This document shows positions 40,801 through 48,527 of a stretch of 64,000 nucleotides of DNA, in pieces; position 1 is the stretch's first letter; each line of letters opens with the position of its first letter. Origin of the DNA: Hydrolagus colliei (Eukaryota); NCBI GenBank assembly GCA_035084275.1, contig CM068759.1, positions 2,542,001 to 2,606,000 on the forward strand, written 5' to 3'. A program made the translations under genes and the position numbers. The notes below the pieces were generated by a model. That model did no database searches, had not been told where the DNA came from, and saw nothing but the letters and a program-made list of their open reading frames with translations.

Positions 40801-43800
40801 ACACTAGCCTCTATTACATTGGCCTGGAGCATAGATACATTATTGTCCATATTGGGTAGATTTGTATTGGTTTACAATGGGGTTAAATGAACATAGTTTA
40901 CGCTAATTACATCTTTAGTTTTGCAGCCTAAAATCCTTTCCCTCGTACGTTCAGATGGAGATCACAGCACTTTGAGGCAACTAAAAGCAATCTACAGTAT
41001 TAACATGGTCTCAAACTCTTTACACAAATGCATGTGACACGAGAGACATATCTCATATGGCAACAACAACACCAACAAACAACCCAAAAATTATATTTGT
41101 AGAGCACCTTTCACGTTGGGAGGACTTCCCAAGGTGCCAAGGCCCCAATACCTCAAACATGTCCCTACTTTATTATTCTGCACATTTATGCAACGTGAGA
41201 GATGGAAATGGACAGAGAGCAGCAGAGATCGATCGAGGACAGCATAAAATAAGCTTCCCCAAACAGATCAAGAGGCAGATGAAAAGAGTTCATCAGTGAA
41301 CAAGATTTTTTATCTGACTGTATTGGATGAAAAAGACTTCTGATTGTCATACATTAAATGCCCCCCCTACAGTCATACAGTTTAATTCAATTCCACGTTG
41401 CCAGTTAAATTAATCAGCACCAACAGAGACATATTTATACCGAATTGCCCTATTCTCATTAATCCTCATTAAATCCAATTTTCCTCTCAACGGGTACTGA
41501 TGGATTTGATGCATTCAGATGTTAAATTTGAGGCATCGACAGACTGCTGCTAACGCATAAAAATCCACCAAAGAAACCTAATTCAATACATCTGTGCAAA
41601 ACGTGTCACATATACTTGGTGCTGTGTTATAATAAGGGATTCCTCACTGACAAGGTAAGAAGGAGCATCAGGCAGTGAATAGGCAGGCTATGTTTAAGTT
41701 AGTTTATTGTTGCTCATTACCAAAATGTCTGGCAAGAGCTAATGTCTTAGATCAAGTCCATAGTGCTACTGGGAGATATGTGTAAATCACCAATTCAACT
41801 AACGCTCCCGTTAGGAGTTACTGCTTTGAGATGCTAAGCTTTTGTTTTTGTGTGTTTGCTGCTCGAAAACCAGGCAATATCAACGTCGGAAATGGCCTAA
41901 ATCGAAGAGACCAAACTCCAAGACCCTGTGAGTTGTGTGATGAGTTCTTCAATAGGCTTGTCTTTTTATTTCAAATAAAGTTATCTTCTGCTACCAGCAA
42001 AGAAATAATAATAATAATTATTATTATTATTATGGTAATTGGCTGCTGCGTTTTGCCCACAAAACATGAACTTGATGACGTGATAAGGAGCTATTTCAAA
42101 TGTAACGATTATCATTATTATTATTATTAAGCAAATTACCTTCTAGCTTGCTTGACTTTTAACATTCGCCTGATAGCCACAAAAGTACATTTGTATAGGA
42201 TTGTTTTCCCACTTTGCATCTACGTTGGTAAAACCTGCAGAGATTTCTTTGCCTACAGATGTGTTCTCAAAGAGACTCTTCAGAGAAACACTTCAGAGAA
42301 ACAGTTGGTCACACATAACTTTGGGGGGGGGAAATATTGTGGATAAAACACAATAGAATAATTTAATGGCCAGCATTTTGCTGGAGCTGATATAGTGACT
42401 TCAAAATATTTTTTTTCCAAATCTGGTACCACTTTCTTCACTTTAGTGCCACCAACCTCTGCATTCAACAGTCACATAGTCCAAATTAGTTTTTAGCTCA
42501 AGGGGTTGCATTAGGTTTGTAGAAAAGTATCATTACCAAATTAATATGAAATGCAATGAATGCTCTATTTCATACAGACAAACTTTTCATGACAAAATAT
42601 ATTTCATATCTTTACAATTAACTTTATTCCTACTGAGTAATTTTATTATTAAGATTATTTTCCCGATGTGTGAATGAGCTATCACAAGGCTGAAACGCAT
42701 TCAGCGTAAAAAAATATATCACAATGATATTGAAGTGCTACTCTGGTAGCAAACTACACATAATCAATGTAAGGCTGACTTCTGCTTCAGTCAGGGAACA
42801 GGGAGTAATGCTATTTTATTTCAGGGGAAATTGAAGGCTTCATCACCAGTGAGGTCACAACTGTTTCTCTTTATGAACGTACAATGCTAATACTTTCATT
42901 TATCCACTTAATCACAGCATTGCTCAGAAGAATTCTCTACATGTTTTTCAATGGAATAAATTAATTGATCGCTACAGTCTAATTCCTATCTGGGGGACTC
43001 AAACATAAACGATTTCTGCCCTTTTAATCATTGGAATTACCACGATAAGCATGCAAATGAGTAGACGCGTGAATTTGGATTGATTTTGAAGCTCTATTAG
43101 ATTTTGCATGGAATTTTTTCTCTTATCCTTCACTAAAAGTTTAAAAAAATATATATCATATGTTTAAAGCTGTTTATTTGGTTCTGGGTTCTGTTTGCTT
43201 TTGACTTTGCTGGTTATGTTTAACTATTGGGGGAAGAAAACATGTTTTTGAGGTGTTTTAAATCTTGTTTTGATAGTAAATTTGTTTGTTGGGTGCGTGG
43301 GAAATAGCTTCACTGAAGCTCACTGGTTTTTAAGCACAGAAGTGCAACGGGATTTTAACAGGGATAGTTATTCTTTGTGGTTGGTATATTTTACCTTTGT
43401 GTCGGGGAAACCTTTTGCTCTGCCTCATTTTGCAATGGCTTTATTTTTCTGGGATCCACAGCTTTCTGTTCTCTTTGCATCAAATCACACAACCTCCAGG
43501 TTCCTTCTGAGCAGACTATTTAACAGTGGTACGCCACAGCTCAGAGGAAAAATATATTTCGGTTTGCAGTCTGATCACATACTAAATTTACATTAAAACA
43601 ATAGACTGAGACATCTTGAAGCCCGGATTCTACAAGAACATAAATGCATTGTTCCACAACATGCTGTTCTTTTGGTTTATCAGTTCACTTAAAGTACAGT
43701 TGGGAGGATTGATGATTCTCTAGGTAAAGTGCGATTGCGATAGTATTCTGGCCCAACAGAAAATAGTTTTCCCGAGCATGGTGCAGTTTATCTCTGAAAG

Positions 43801-43934
43801 TCATCAACAACACTATAATAAAAAGGTGAAAGGCTACCCTAGATAGATGAGCAAACGGAAGCAGTATGTTGCAAAAATCTACTCATTGTGCTTCTTGTTT
43901 CAGGGGACAACTGTGGGAAGGATGGGAAGGCTAG
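10688..43934 (+). CDS. SULF2: Extracellular sulfatase Sulf-2 (heparan sulfate 6-O-endosulfatase), spliced CDS of 20 coding exons, 878 aa
   Basis: Manual splicing gives a continuous frame with GT-AG introns and matching phases: 175+240+152+170+151+176+129+57+127+211+229+97+95+69+173+143+124+34+54+31 = 2637 nt. Motifs: [26 protein letters not shown] furin site, C-terminal GQLWEGWEG* (SULF2-type; SULF1 ends LWDGWEG as recalled). Confidence 0.97.
11641..11668. repeat. (CTT)9 microsatellite
   Basis: Direct reading. Confidence 0.92.
11938..12177 (+). CDS. SULF2: SULF2 exon 3 (catalytic CCPSR; Cys88 codon at 12024-12026)
   Basis: cttttag| acceptor; GSVQVMNKT...[20 protein letters not shown]...TGYRT; |gtatg donor; 240 nt. 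Confidence 0.98.
16987..17138 (+). CDS. SULF2: SULF2 exon 4
   Basis: ttgcag| [51 protein letters not shown] |gtact; 152 nt. Confidence 0.97.
17775..17950 (-). mobile_element. 5'-truncated tRNA/Deu SINE
   Basis: aatccttgcatttggtatagtgc...caattgtgcacagcagtgtcccacaaacag matches the family. Confidence 0.85.
20189..20302 (+). mobile_element. SINE 3' tail fragment, followed by an L2-type tail at 20308-20345
   Basis: ttcacccacaaatatgcagtcgattcacc...atcaaatgcaaggataattatt. Confidence 0.8.
21240..21625 (+). mobile_element. Degraded CR1 LINE 3' fragment
   Basis: ggagatataatggag...tttaaaagggaattggataaatacttgagg...gctgtaaatattctgtgattt. Confidence 0.7.
23428..23602 (-). mobile_element. CR1 LINE 3' end, nearly identical to 48035-48203
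   Basis: (tcatagaa)n ttttacggcacaaaaggaggccattcggccc...aaaagttgttatc. Confidence 0.9.
23607..23720 (+). mobile_element. SINE 3' tail fragment ending ~40 nt before exon 5
   Basis: gcccacaaaatacac...gtgaagcgctttaagag...atgcaaggattattatt. Confidence 0.75.
23760..23929 (+). CDS. SULF2: SULF2 exon 5
   Basis: tag| [11 protein letters not shown]...[27 protein letters not shown] |gtgag; 170 nt. Confidence 0.97.
25990..26140 (+). CDS. SULF2: SULF2 exon 6
   Basis: ctgcag| [50 protein letters not shown] |gtaga; 151 nt. Confidence 0.97.
26585..26760 (+). CDS. SULF2: SULF2 exon 7
   Basis: ccag| [58 protein letters not shown] |gtaag; 176 nt. Confidence 0.97.
28735..29145 (+). mobile_element. Degraded CR1 LINE 3' fragment
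   Basis: tctctagagaagaggcaattgagagggcgacctgatag ([11 protein letters not shown])...tttaagaggaaatttgat...ggtctgtttctatgct. Confidence 0.72.
29882..30010 (+). CDS. SULF2: SULF2 exon 8
   Basis: cacag| [42 protein letters not shown] |gtaag; 129 nt. Confidence 0.97.
30541..30739. mobile_element. Non-autonomous Tc1/mariner (Tigger/pogo-like) MITE, 199 bp
   Basis: 20-bp TIRs caataaaagcctgtttatcc / ggataaacaggcttttacta (18/20 match), flanked by TA at 30539-30540 and 30740-30741. Confidence 0.82.
30919..30975 (+). CDS. SULF2: SULF2 exon 9
   Basis: tttcag| [18 protein letters not shown] |gtatg; 57 nt. Confidence 0.95.
31072..31198 (+). CDS. SULF2: SULF2 exon 10 (start of hydrophilic domain)
   Basis: gctag| [42 protein letters not shown] |gtaag; 127 nt; preceded by a 96-nt intron. 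Confidence 0.96.
31318..31430 (-). mobile_element. SINE 3' tail fragment
   Basis: aatccttacatttgatatagtgcc...caaagcgcttcacagaatgtactg. Confidence 0.8.
32133..32312. mobile_element. SINE tail (-, 32133-32247) plus an isolated tRNA head (+, 32283-32312)
   Basis: (AAT)n ccttgcatttgatc...; tggagtcctgtagctcagtggttaaaacac. Confidence 0.75.
32937..33830. mobile_element. Cluster of SINE/L2-tail fragments in alternating orientation upstream of exon 11
   Basis: Fragments at ~32937-33045 (-), 33065-33182 (+), 33476-33505 (+ L2 tail), 33507-33646 (-), 33686-33760 (+), 33803-33830 (-). Confidence 0.78.
34051..34261 (+). CDS. SULF2: SULF2 exon 11
   Basis: cctcag| [19 protein letters not shown]...[24 protein letters not shown] |gtgag; 211 nt. 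Confidence 0.95.
34360..34506 (-). mobile_element. L2 3' fragment
   Basis: Reverse strand tcaagaccctcctcttcgaccgcaccttc (KTLLFDRTF) and tail gacgtgaaaggcactatacaaatgtaat. Confidence 0.68.
35258..35486 (+). CDS. SULF2: SULF2 exon 12 (furin-site region)
   Basis: cacag| [25 protein letters not shown]...KNVSKRH...IKVTH |gtaag; 229 nt. Confidence 0.96.
36333..36429 (+). CDS. SULF2: SULF2 exon 13
   Basis: ttccag| [32 protein letters not shown] |gtcag; 97 nt. Confidence 0.96.
36723..37032 (-). mobile_element. Full-length tRNA-derived Deu-domain SINE with L2-type tail (resembles elephant-shark SINE2-1_CM)
   Basis: Reverse strand: GGAGTCCTGTAGCTCAG tRNA head, Deu core CTGCTGTGCGCAATTGGCTG, tail GTGAAGTGCTTTGAGACGTCTAGAAGACGTGAAAAGCGCTATA..(ATT)n. 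Confidence 0.88.
37081..37175 (+). CDS. SULF2: SULF2 exon 14 (coiled-coil segment)
   Basis: ccttag| [31 protein letters not shown] |gttcg; 95 nt. Confidence 0.95.
37402..37470 (+). CDS. SULF2: SULF2 exon 15
   Basis: ctgtag| [22 protein letters not shown] |gtaag; 69 nt, phase 2-2 fits both neighbours. Confidence 0.92.
37928..38042 (-). mobile_element. SINE 3' tail fragment
   Basis: (AAT)n cctagcatttt...caaagcgcttcacatagtatactctgaagtcaattgactg. Confidence 0.78.
38075..38220 (+). mobile_element. CR1 LINE 3' end
   Basis: ttcaaagagctggcacagacacgatgggctgaatggcctcgttttgtgctgtacaattctatgattcta. Confidence 0.8.
38542..38714 (+). CDS. SULF2: SULF2 exon 16 (basic cluster)
   Basis: cttcag| KGGQDK...[44 protein letters not shown] |gtaag; 173 nt. 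Confidence 0.96.
38731..38895 (+). mobile_element. 5'-truncated tRNA/Deu SINE starting ~16 nt after the exon 16 donor
   Basis: gtcatttcaatccacgactgtttgtgggacgctgctgtgcgcaattggctgccgcgtttc...caaggattattat. Confidence 0.87.
39488..39630 (+). CDS. SULF2: SULF2 exon 17
   Basis: gtgtag| [47 protein letters not shown] |gtaac; 143 nt. Confidence 0.97.
39636..39675. repeat. Exact 19-bp tandem duplication
   Basis: (gatacgcatagacatcatt)x2 + ga. Confidence 0.93.
40118..40241 (+). CDS. SULF2: SULF2 exon 18
   Basis: gtttag| [41 protein letters not shown] |gtaca; 124 nt. Confidence 0.96.
40672..40705 (+). CDS. SULF2: SULF2 exon 19 (34-nt small exon)
   Basis: gtttag| (E)[10 protein letters not shown](R) |gtacc; phases 1-2 bridge exons 18 and 20. 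Confidence 0.88.
41874..41927 (+). CDS. SULF2: SULF2 exon 20
   Basis: ccag| [18 protein letters not shown] |gtgag; 54 nt; resembles human QFQRRKWPEMKRPSSKSL as recalled. Confidence 0.93.
43904..43934 (+). CDS. SULF2: SULF2 last exon coding part, GQLWEGWEG*
   Basis: gtttcag| g GGA CAA CTG TGG GAA GGA TGG GAA GGC TAG; stop at 43932-43934. Confidence 0.97.
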
Positions 43935-44556
43935 ACTCCTGGGTAGCCCAGATCTCACGGAGAGCATCAACTGGCAAGAACTTGAACCTTTGTACAGACG
44001 AGATGAAAACCCATACGGTTATCAACTAAATTTCAATGTTAAGCCTTGAAGACTGGATGAACAATTGGGCTCATATAGATAGAATGTTTTGCACTGTTGG
44101 GGAAATTTTAATAGATATCAATAAACGTCAAGTGATGACGGTGGAGAGTCTGGTTGCTGGTCCAGTGGCTGTAACTCAGAACAATGCTTTTCTCATTCCA
44201 TTAACAAAAAAAACACACCAATTTTAGAAATGGACTCTGTTGACATCTGGAACATGACTAACGATACAATATTAGTGGAAGGGGCAAAGCATGTATTTTG
44301 CTTCAGCGATGGGAGCACAAGAAATTCCAATAACCAATAAAAATGTATTTAAATGGTCTGATTGGGGTGGGGAGGGAGGGAGGGAGGGGAAGGAACTCAA
44401 GCAAGAATGACAAGAATAACATTGATCAAAGTTCGGGAGACACTGGGCCAAAATTCAGAATCGAGAATCAATGGAACGATGGGAAGAATCCAATGGAGTG
44501 TTTCGGGGGCAATGAAGATCTTATGGAATACGAGCAACGTGACTGTGTTTCATAGT

Positions 44557-44558
<2 letters not shown>

Positions 44559-44587
<29 letters not shown>
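44559..44587. repeat. (TG)n microsatellite in the putative 3' UTR
   Basis: Direct reading. Confidence 0.92.
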
Positions 44588-44590
<3 letters not shown>

Positions 44591-46179
44591 AAGTGCCAGG
44601 AAAGACAACACTTTAATAGAGGACAATAAATGTTATTGAGAACACAGAATCTCCCTCCCTCCCTTCTCTCCCTCCCGTCCCTAACCTGGTCACTCTGTTT
44701 GTTCTTCTGAAGATTCTGTTTTGTCTCAGGGCCTTCAATCCGTCCAGCGTTAGCCACCGTTGTTTCTAGTCACCTTCAAGATTCACACAACCAGAGAAAA
44801 CTGTCTTTTCTTCTGTATTATAGGTAGGATCACGACTTGTAAATATTTACTTTATGTCCATCTATGGAAATTTCATTCAAGTGATTTAGAATGTAAAGTC
44901 GGTACAATCTGGAGTGGCAGGTTACCAGGGATGTACATCCAACTAAAACACAGTCGCCAAAAAACAAGTCATAAAATAAAATTCCTGTCATTCGATTGAT
45001 TTAGGCAATTGTTTTTAAGCTGCTAAATAGTGCTGTACGTGGATCTGCTTTTCAGTTGCTTTTCAGTTTAGAATTCAACCAGCTACTGACAATGCCTTCT
45101 TCGGAAAATAGGTTGATTCCAATATAACAGAAGCGCTCTTTAATGCACAGTGTTGGAGTGAACACCTTTTCTTTGTACAAAGACACAAAAGTGAAGACAA
45201 GGCTCATTGTCAAAGCACGTCATTTCCTCACTTGTGAAAGAAAGATTATTTGGATTGAAATAATTATTCTCATGCCCCACAGGGGGGGAAACAAAAATAA
45301 TATGATAAATACATTATTTATAAAGAAACTTCTTTTAAAAAAATCAATATGATTTGCCTAAAATAAGTATATTATATATATAAAAAAACATTTAGATTGA
45401 TAATATTAATGTTTTTTTTGGCTGCTTAGCAAATGTAGCACCAAATGCATTATCAATGCAATTTCTAAACCAAAGGTGCTGTTGGAAGTAACATTAGATA
45501 TCTTAGAAATAAAACATTGGTCTCTTACAATTCGCTAACATTGACATCAATAGTCGTGGCTGGCTGGAGCTGAGTCTCAAAACTGCCAAACAAATTACAG
45601 AGATATTCTCACAAAGTCTTTTTGTTCCCGCCACCTGATCAAACTTTTTACAAACTAGAACTATCGTATGACTGCCCACCACCATCTGATTCATTCACCG
45701 CTCAATGTTTAAACTGCACACGACACATCCAATCCGTGTCAAGATTTCTCACTCTGTGTATCGCACGGAGTCTTGAAATGCACTGTTTATCCCACACAAA
45801 ACAAATTAACTTCCCTTGCAGCGCATGATATGGTGTGCAGATATCACCCAACTCGGCATACTTCCTGTCGCATGTCATGTAGCCTCACATTGGTGTTCCC
45901 TGCAGGTGTTCGCTTCATGCTCTAATGTTCTTGGGACTATTTATTGTAACGAACAAGAGCTTCCAAGGGAATACAGAGGGACAGAGCCAGGTTGAAATTT
46001 ATGCCAGTGCATATTTACACTGCAATGGACCCAGTGAAATTGCTTGAGAATTTGCTTCCACAAGAGGGTGAGAAAAAATGTTCCAGGGTATATCGGTTTG
46101 GTTGTGTTCTAACTTACACTGCACTGTTTGAGGCAAATTAACACCAAACCCCTGGTGTATATCACAGTGTGATATATGT

Positions 46180-46248
46180 GAATATTCCATGCTGTGTTTA
46201 TATCACACTTATATCACAAGTGTGATATAAACACAGCATGGAATATTC
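46180..46248. repeat. Perfect 31-bp inverted repeat with a 7-nt loop
   Basis: gaatattccatgctgtgtttatatcacactt-atatcac-aagtgtgatataaacacagcatggaatattc. Confidence 0.95.
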
Positions 46249-47086
46249 TGATTGGATGAGTCTGGGTATGGAATAGGTCAATTAATAACTTCTAAAAAAA
46301 AACAGTTTACTTACAAGAACAATTGAACTTTTCGAAGTGGATTTGCACAATTAAGAGTTTTTTTTAAAAAAAGATTAATTTTAGAAAAGGTTCATTTTGC
46401 ACATCCTGCAGCATGCTCACTTCAGAATCTTGTTATCTTTTAGATACAAATTGCTCGGACATTAAATGAAAGCGAATTGATCAAATGCAAGTAAAAAAAG
46501 AAAAGAAAGGGGATTAAAAGCCAAATGAAACCTTGGGTCCTTTTCGAGATAATTCGAGACAGTTCATACAAAGGAAAATATAGCTGAGCAGATGATGTGG
46601 AGACACTGCTTGTCTGTTCACTCCAGATTGTAAAGGACTGAATAGCTTTGCTCTGTCTTTAGTTAGGGTACATGCACTAATCGCAGTCATTTGAGCTAAT
46701 TACCACATCCCTTTTAAATGACTTATTGAGGGGGCTGCACTATATTAAATGGTTTGATTTTAAATTTATATAGCCTGCTGTAAACATTTGTCGTTTCTTG
46801 TGGACATAAAAGGATTTTAAAAAGATAATTTTTTGCGTCAGACTCAGTTGTGTAAGTAAACTAATATTGCTACAAGTATTCGTCCGCCTAAGGCTGTGGT
46901 TTTAATGAATTATTAATTCTTTACAGGAAAATGGAATGTTTGGTTTTGTAACTAATTTTCTCGGTAATGTTGAGGCCGTCTGTTACATTAGCACTGATGA
47001 AATCAGACTTTACTACAGGCATCTATAGTTACAAAACTGATTTTTTTTTAAAAAAAGTTATTAAAATTTTACTGTGATGTGTTCCA

Positions 47087-47092
47087 AATAAA
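47087..47092 (+). terminator. Likely distal polyadenylation signal AATAAA
   Basis: AATAAA followed by T/GT-rich sequence (cttgtctgcagtctttgtacttc); last such signal I found before transposon-rich DNA resumes. Confidence 0.5.
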
Positions 47093-47630
47093 AACTTGTC
47101 TGCAGTCTTTGTACTTCTAAGCCCTTAATCGTACTGTTCTACAGTCTGTTGGAAAGGATTACGGAATTAAATTCTGTTTAATATATTGAGGATTAAAGTT
47201 ACACTTCTGCAGCATTTAAAATGGTTAATAATTACAATTTTATTAAGAATTATTCAATTCTCCACTCCCTACGGTTACATTTTGTCAGCCGAGCAAAATA
47301 CTCCTCCGAGAAAAGAAAACGATTAAAATGGATTCAATGGACAGATATTTCTCAGAAAAGCTCATGTTTTTTGGGAGGGTTCAAGAAAGAGGATATTCTA
47401 AAAAAAATATGATCACTCATCAAACCAACCAACGCCTTGATGTGCGTGCGATCGAATCCTAGTCAAGTGGCTTCAAATATAACAAAATCAGTTTGATTAT
47501 TACCTTGAAAGACTGTAGTGTTTTGGCCCCAGGCAGTGCTGGCTTTGTGTCAGACATTATCTGGTTTGAAATTATCTGCAAGTCATGCAGTCCACATCCA
47601 AAACATTTGTCACGTTTTGCCAATTGAAGT

Positions 47631-47975
47631 AATAATAATAATCTTTGCATTTGATATAGCGCTTTTCACATCTTATCAACGTCCCAAAGCGCTTCACAGA
47701 ATATATTGTAAAGTGAATTGACTGTATATTTGTGGGCGAAACGCGGCAGCCAATTGCGCACAGCAGCATCCCACACACAGTCGTGGATTGAAATGACCAA
47801 TTTTTTAATATTGTGTTTTTTTTGAGGGATTATTATTAGGCGTGTGTGTGTGTGTGGAGTAAGGAAACATGCCCAAGGTTTCACCCTGACCTGCCTGGAT
47901 TCAAAAGACAGGTCTCACGCTTGCAAAACTCATGCTTGTAAGGCAAGTGCTCTAACCACCGAGCTACAGGACTCC
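47631..47975 (-). mobile_element. Full-length tRNA/Deu SINE, same family
   Basis: Same head, core and tail as 36723-37032; (AAT)n at 47631. Confidence 0.9.
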
Positions 47976-48034
47976 TTTTATTGTTTACTAAAGCAACTCA
48001 CAGTCAAAACAGTACCGACTCGCATTGTTCCTTC

Positions 48035-48527
48035 TCATAGATTCATAGAATTTTACGGCACAAAAGGAGGCCATTCGGCCCATCTAGTCTGTGCCGGCTC
48101 TTTGAAAAGAGCGATTTAATCCCACTGCCCTGCCCGCTCCCCATAGCCTAATAGACCTGTTCTCCCTAAATAAAGATCTAATTCCCTTTTAAAAGTTGTT
48201 ATCAAATCAGCCTCCACCACCTTTTCAGGCAATGCATTCCAGATTCGAACAACTCGCTGAGTGAAAACATTTCTCCTCAGCTCCCCTCTACTTCGCCTTG
48301 AAACTATTTTAAATCTGTGACCACGAGTCACAGATTCGCCCACGAGTGGAAATAGTTTTTCTCTATTTGCCCTGTCGAAACCCCTCATGATTTTATAAAC
48401 CTCTATTAGGTCTCCCCTCAATCTTCTCTGCTCCAGAGAGAATAACCCTAGCCTATCTAGCCTCTCCTCATAGCTGAAGTCCCTCAATCCTGGCACCATC
48501 CTAGTAAATCTTCTTTGTACCCTTTCC
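48035..48527 (-). mobile_element. CR1-clade LINE 3' fragment (ORF2 C-terminus plus 3' UTR), little decayed
   Basis: ORF 48116-48499: PGLRDFSYEERLDRLGLFSLEQRRLRGDLIEVYKIMRG...TQRVVRIWNALP..FKRELD; terminal repeats ATTCTATG-like. Confidence 0.93.

Larger units (their letters stand above)
43935..47110 (+). other. SULF2: Putative long 3' UTR of SULF2 with several candidate poly(A) signals
   Basis: No recognisable transposon fragments until ~47630; AU-rich. AATAAA at 44336, 44625, 44975, 45508 and 47087. TGTAAATA Pumilio element at 44838. End point is inferred. Confidence 0.6.

Noticed and set aside
10688-43934. Assignment as SULF1 or GNS
   Set aside because: The hydrophilic domain excludes [42 protein letters not shown] and LWEGWEG match SULF2 rather than SULF1 as recalled.
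43932-43946. Stop-codon readthrough of SULF2
   Set aside because: TAG-A is not a leaky context, and another in-frame TAG follows after three codons.
48116-48499. 127-aa ORF as a host gene
   Set aside because: It is the CR1 ORF2 C-terminus of a 5'-truncated LINE.
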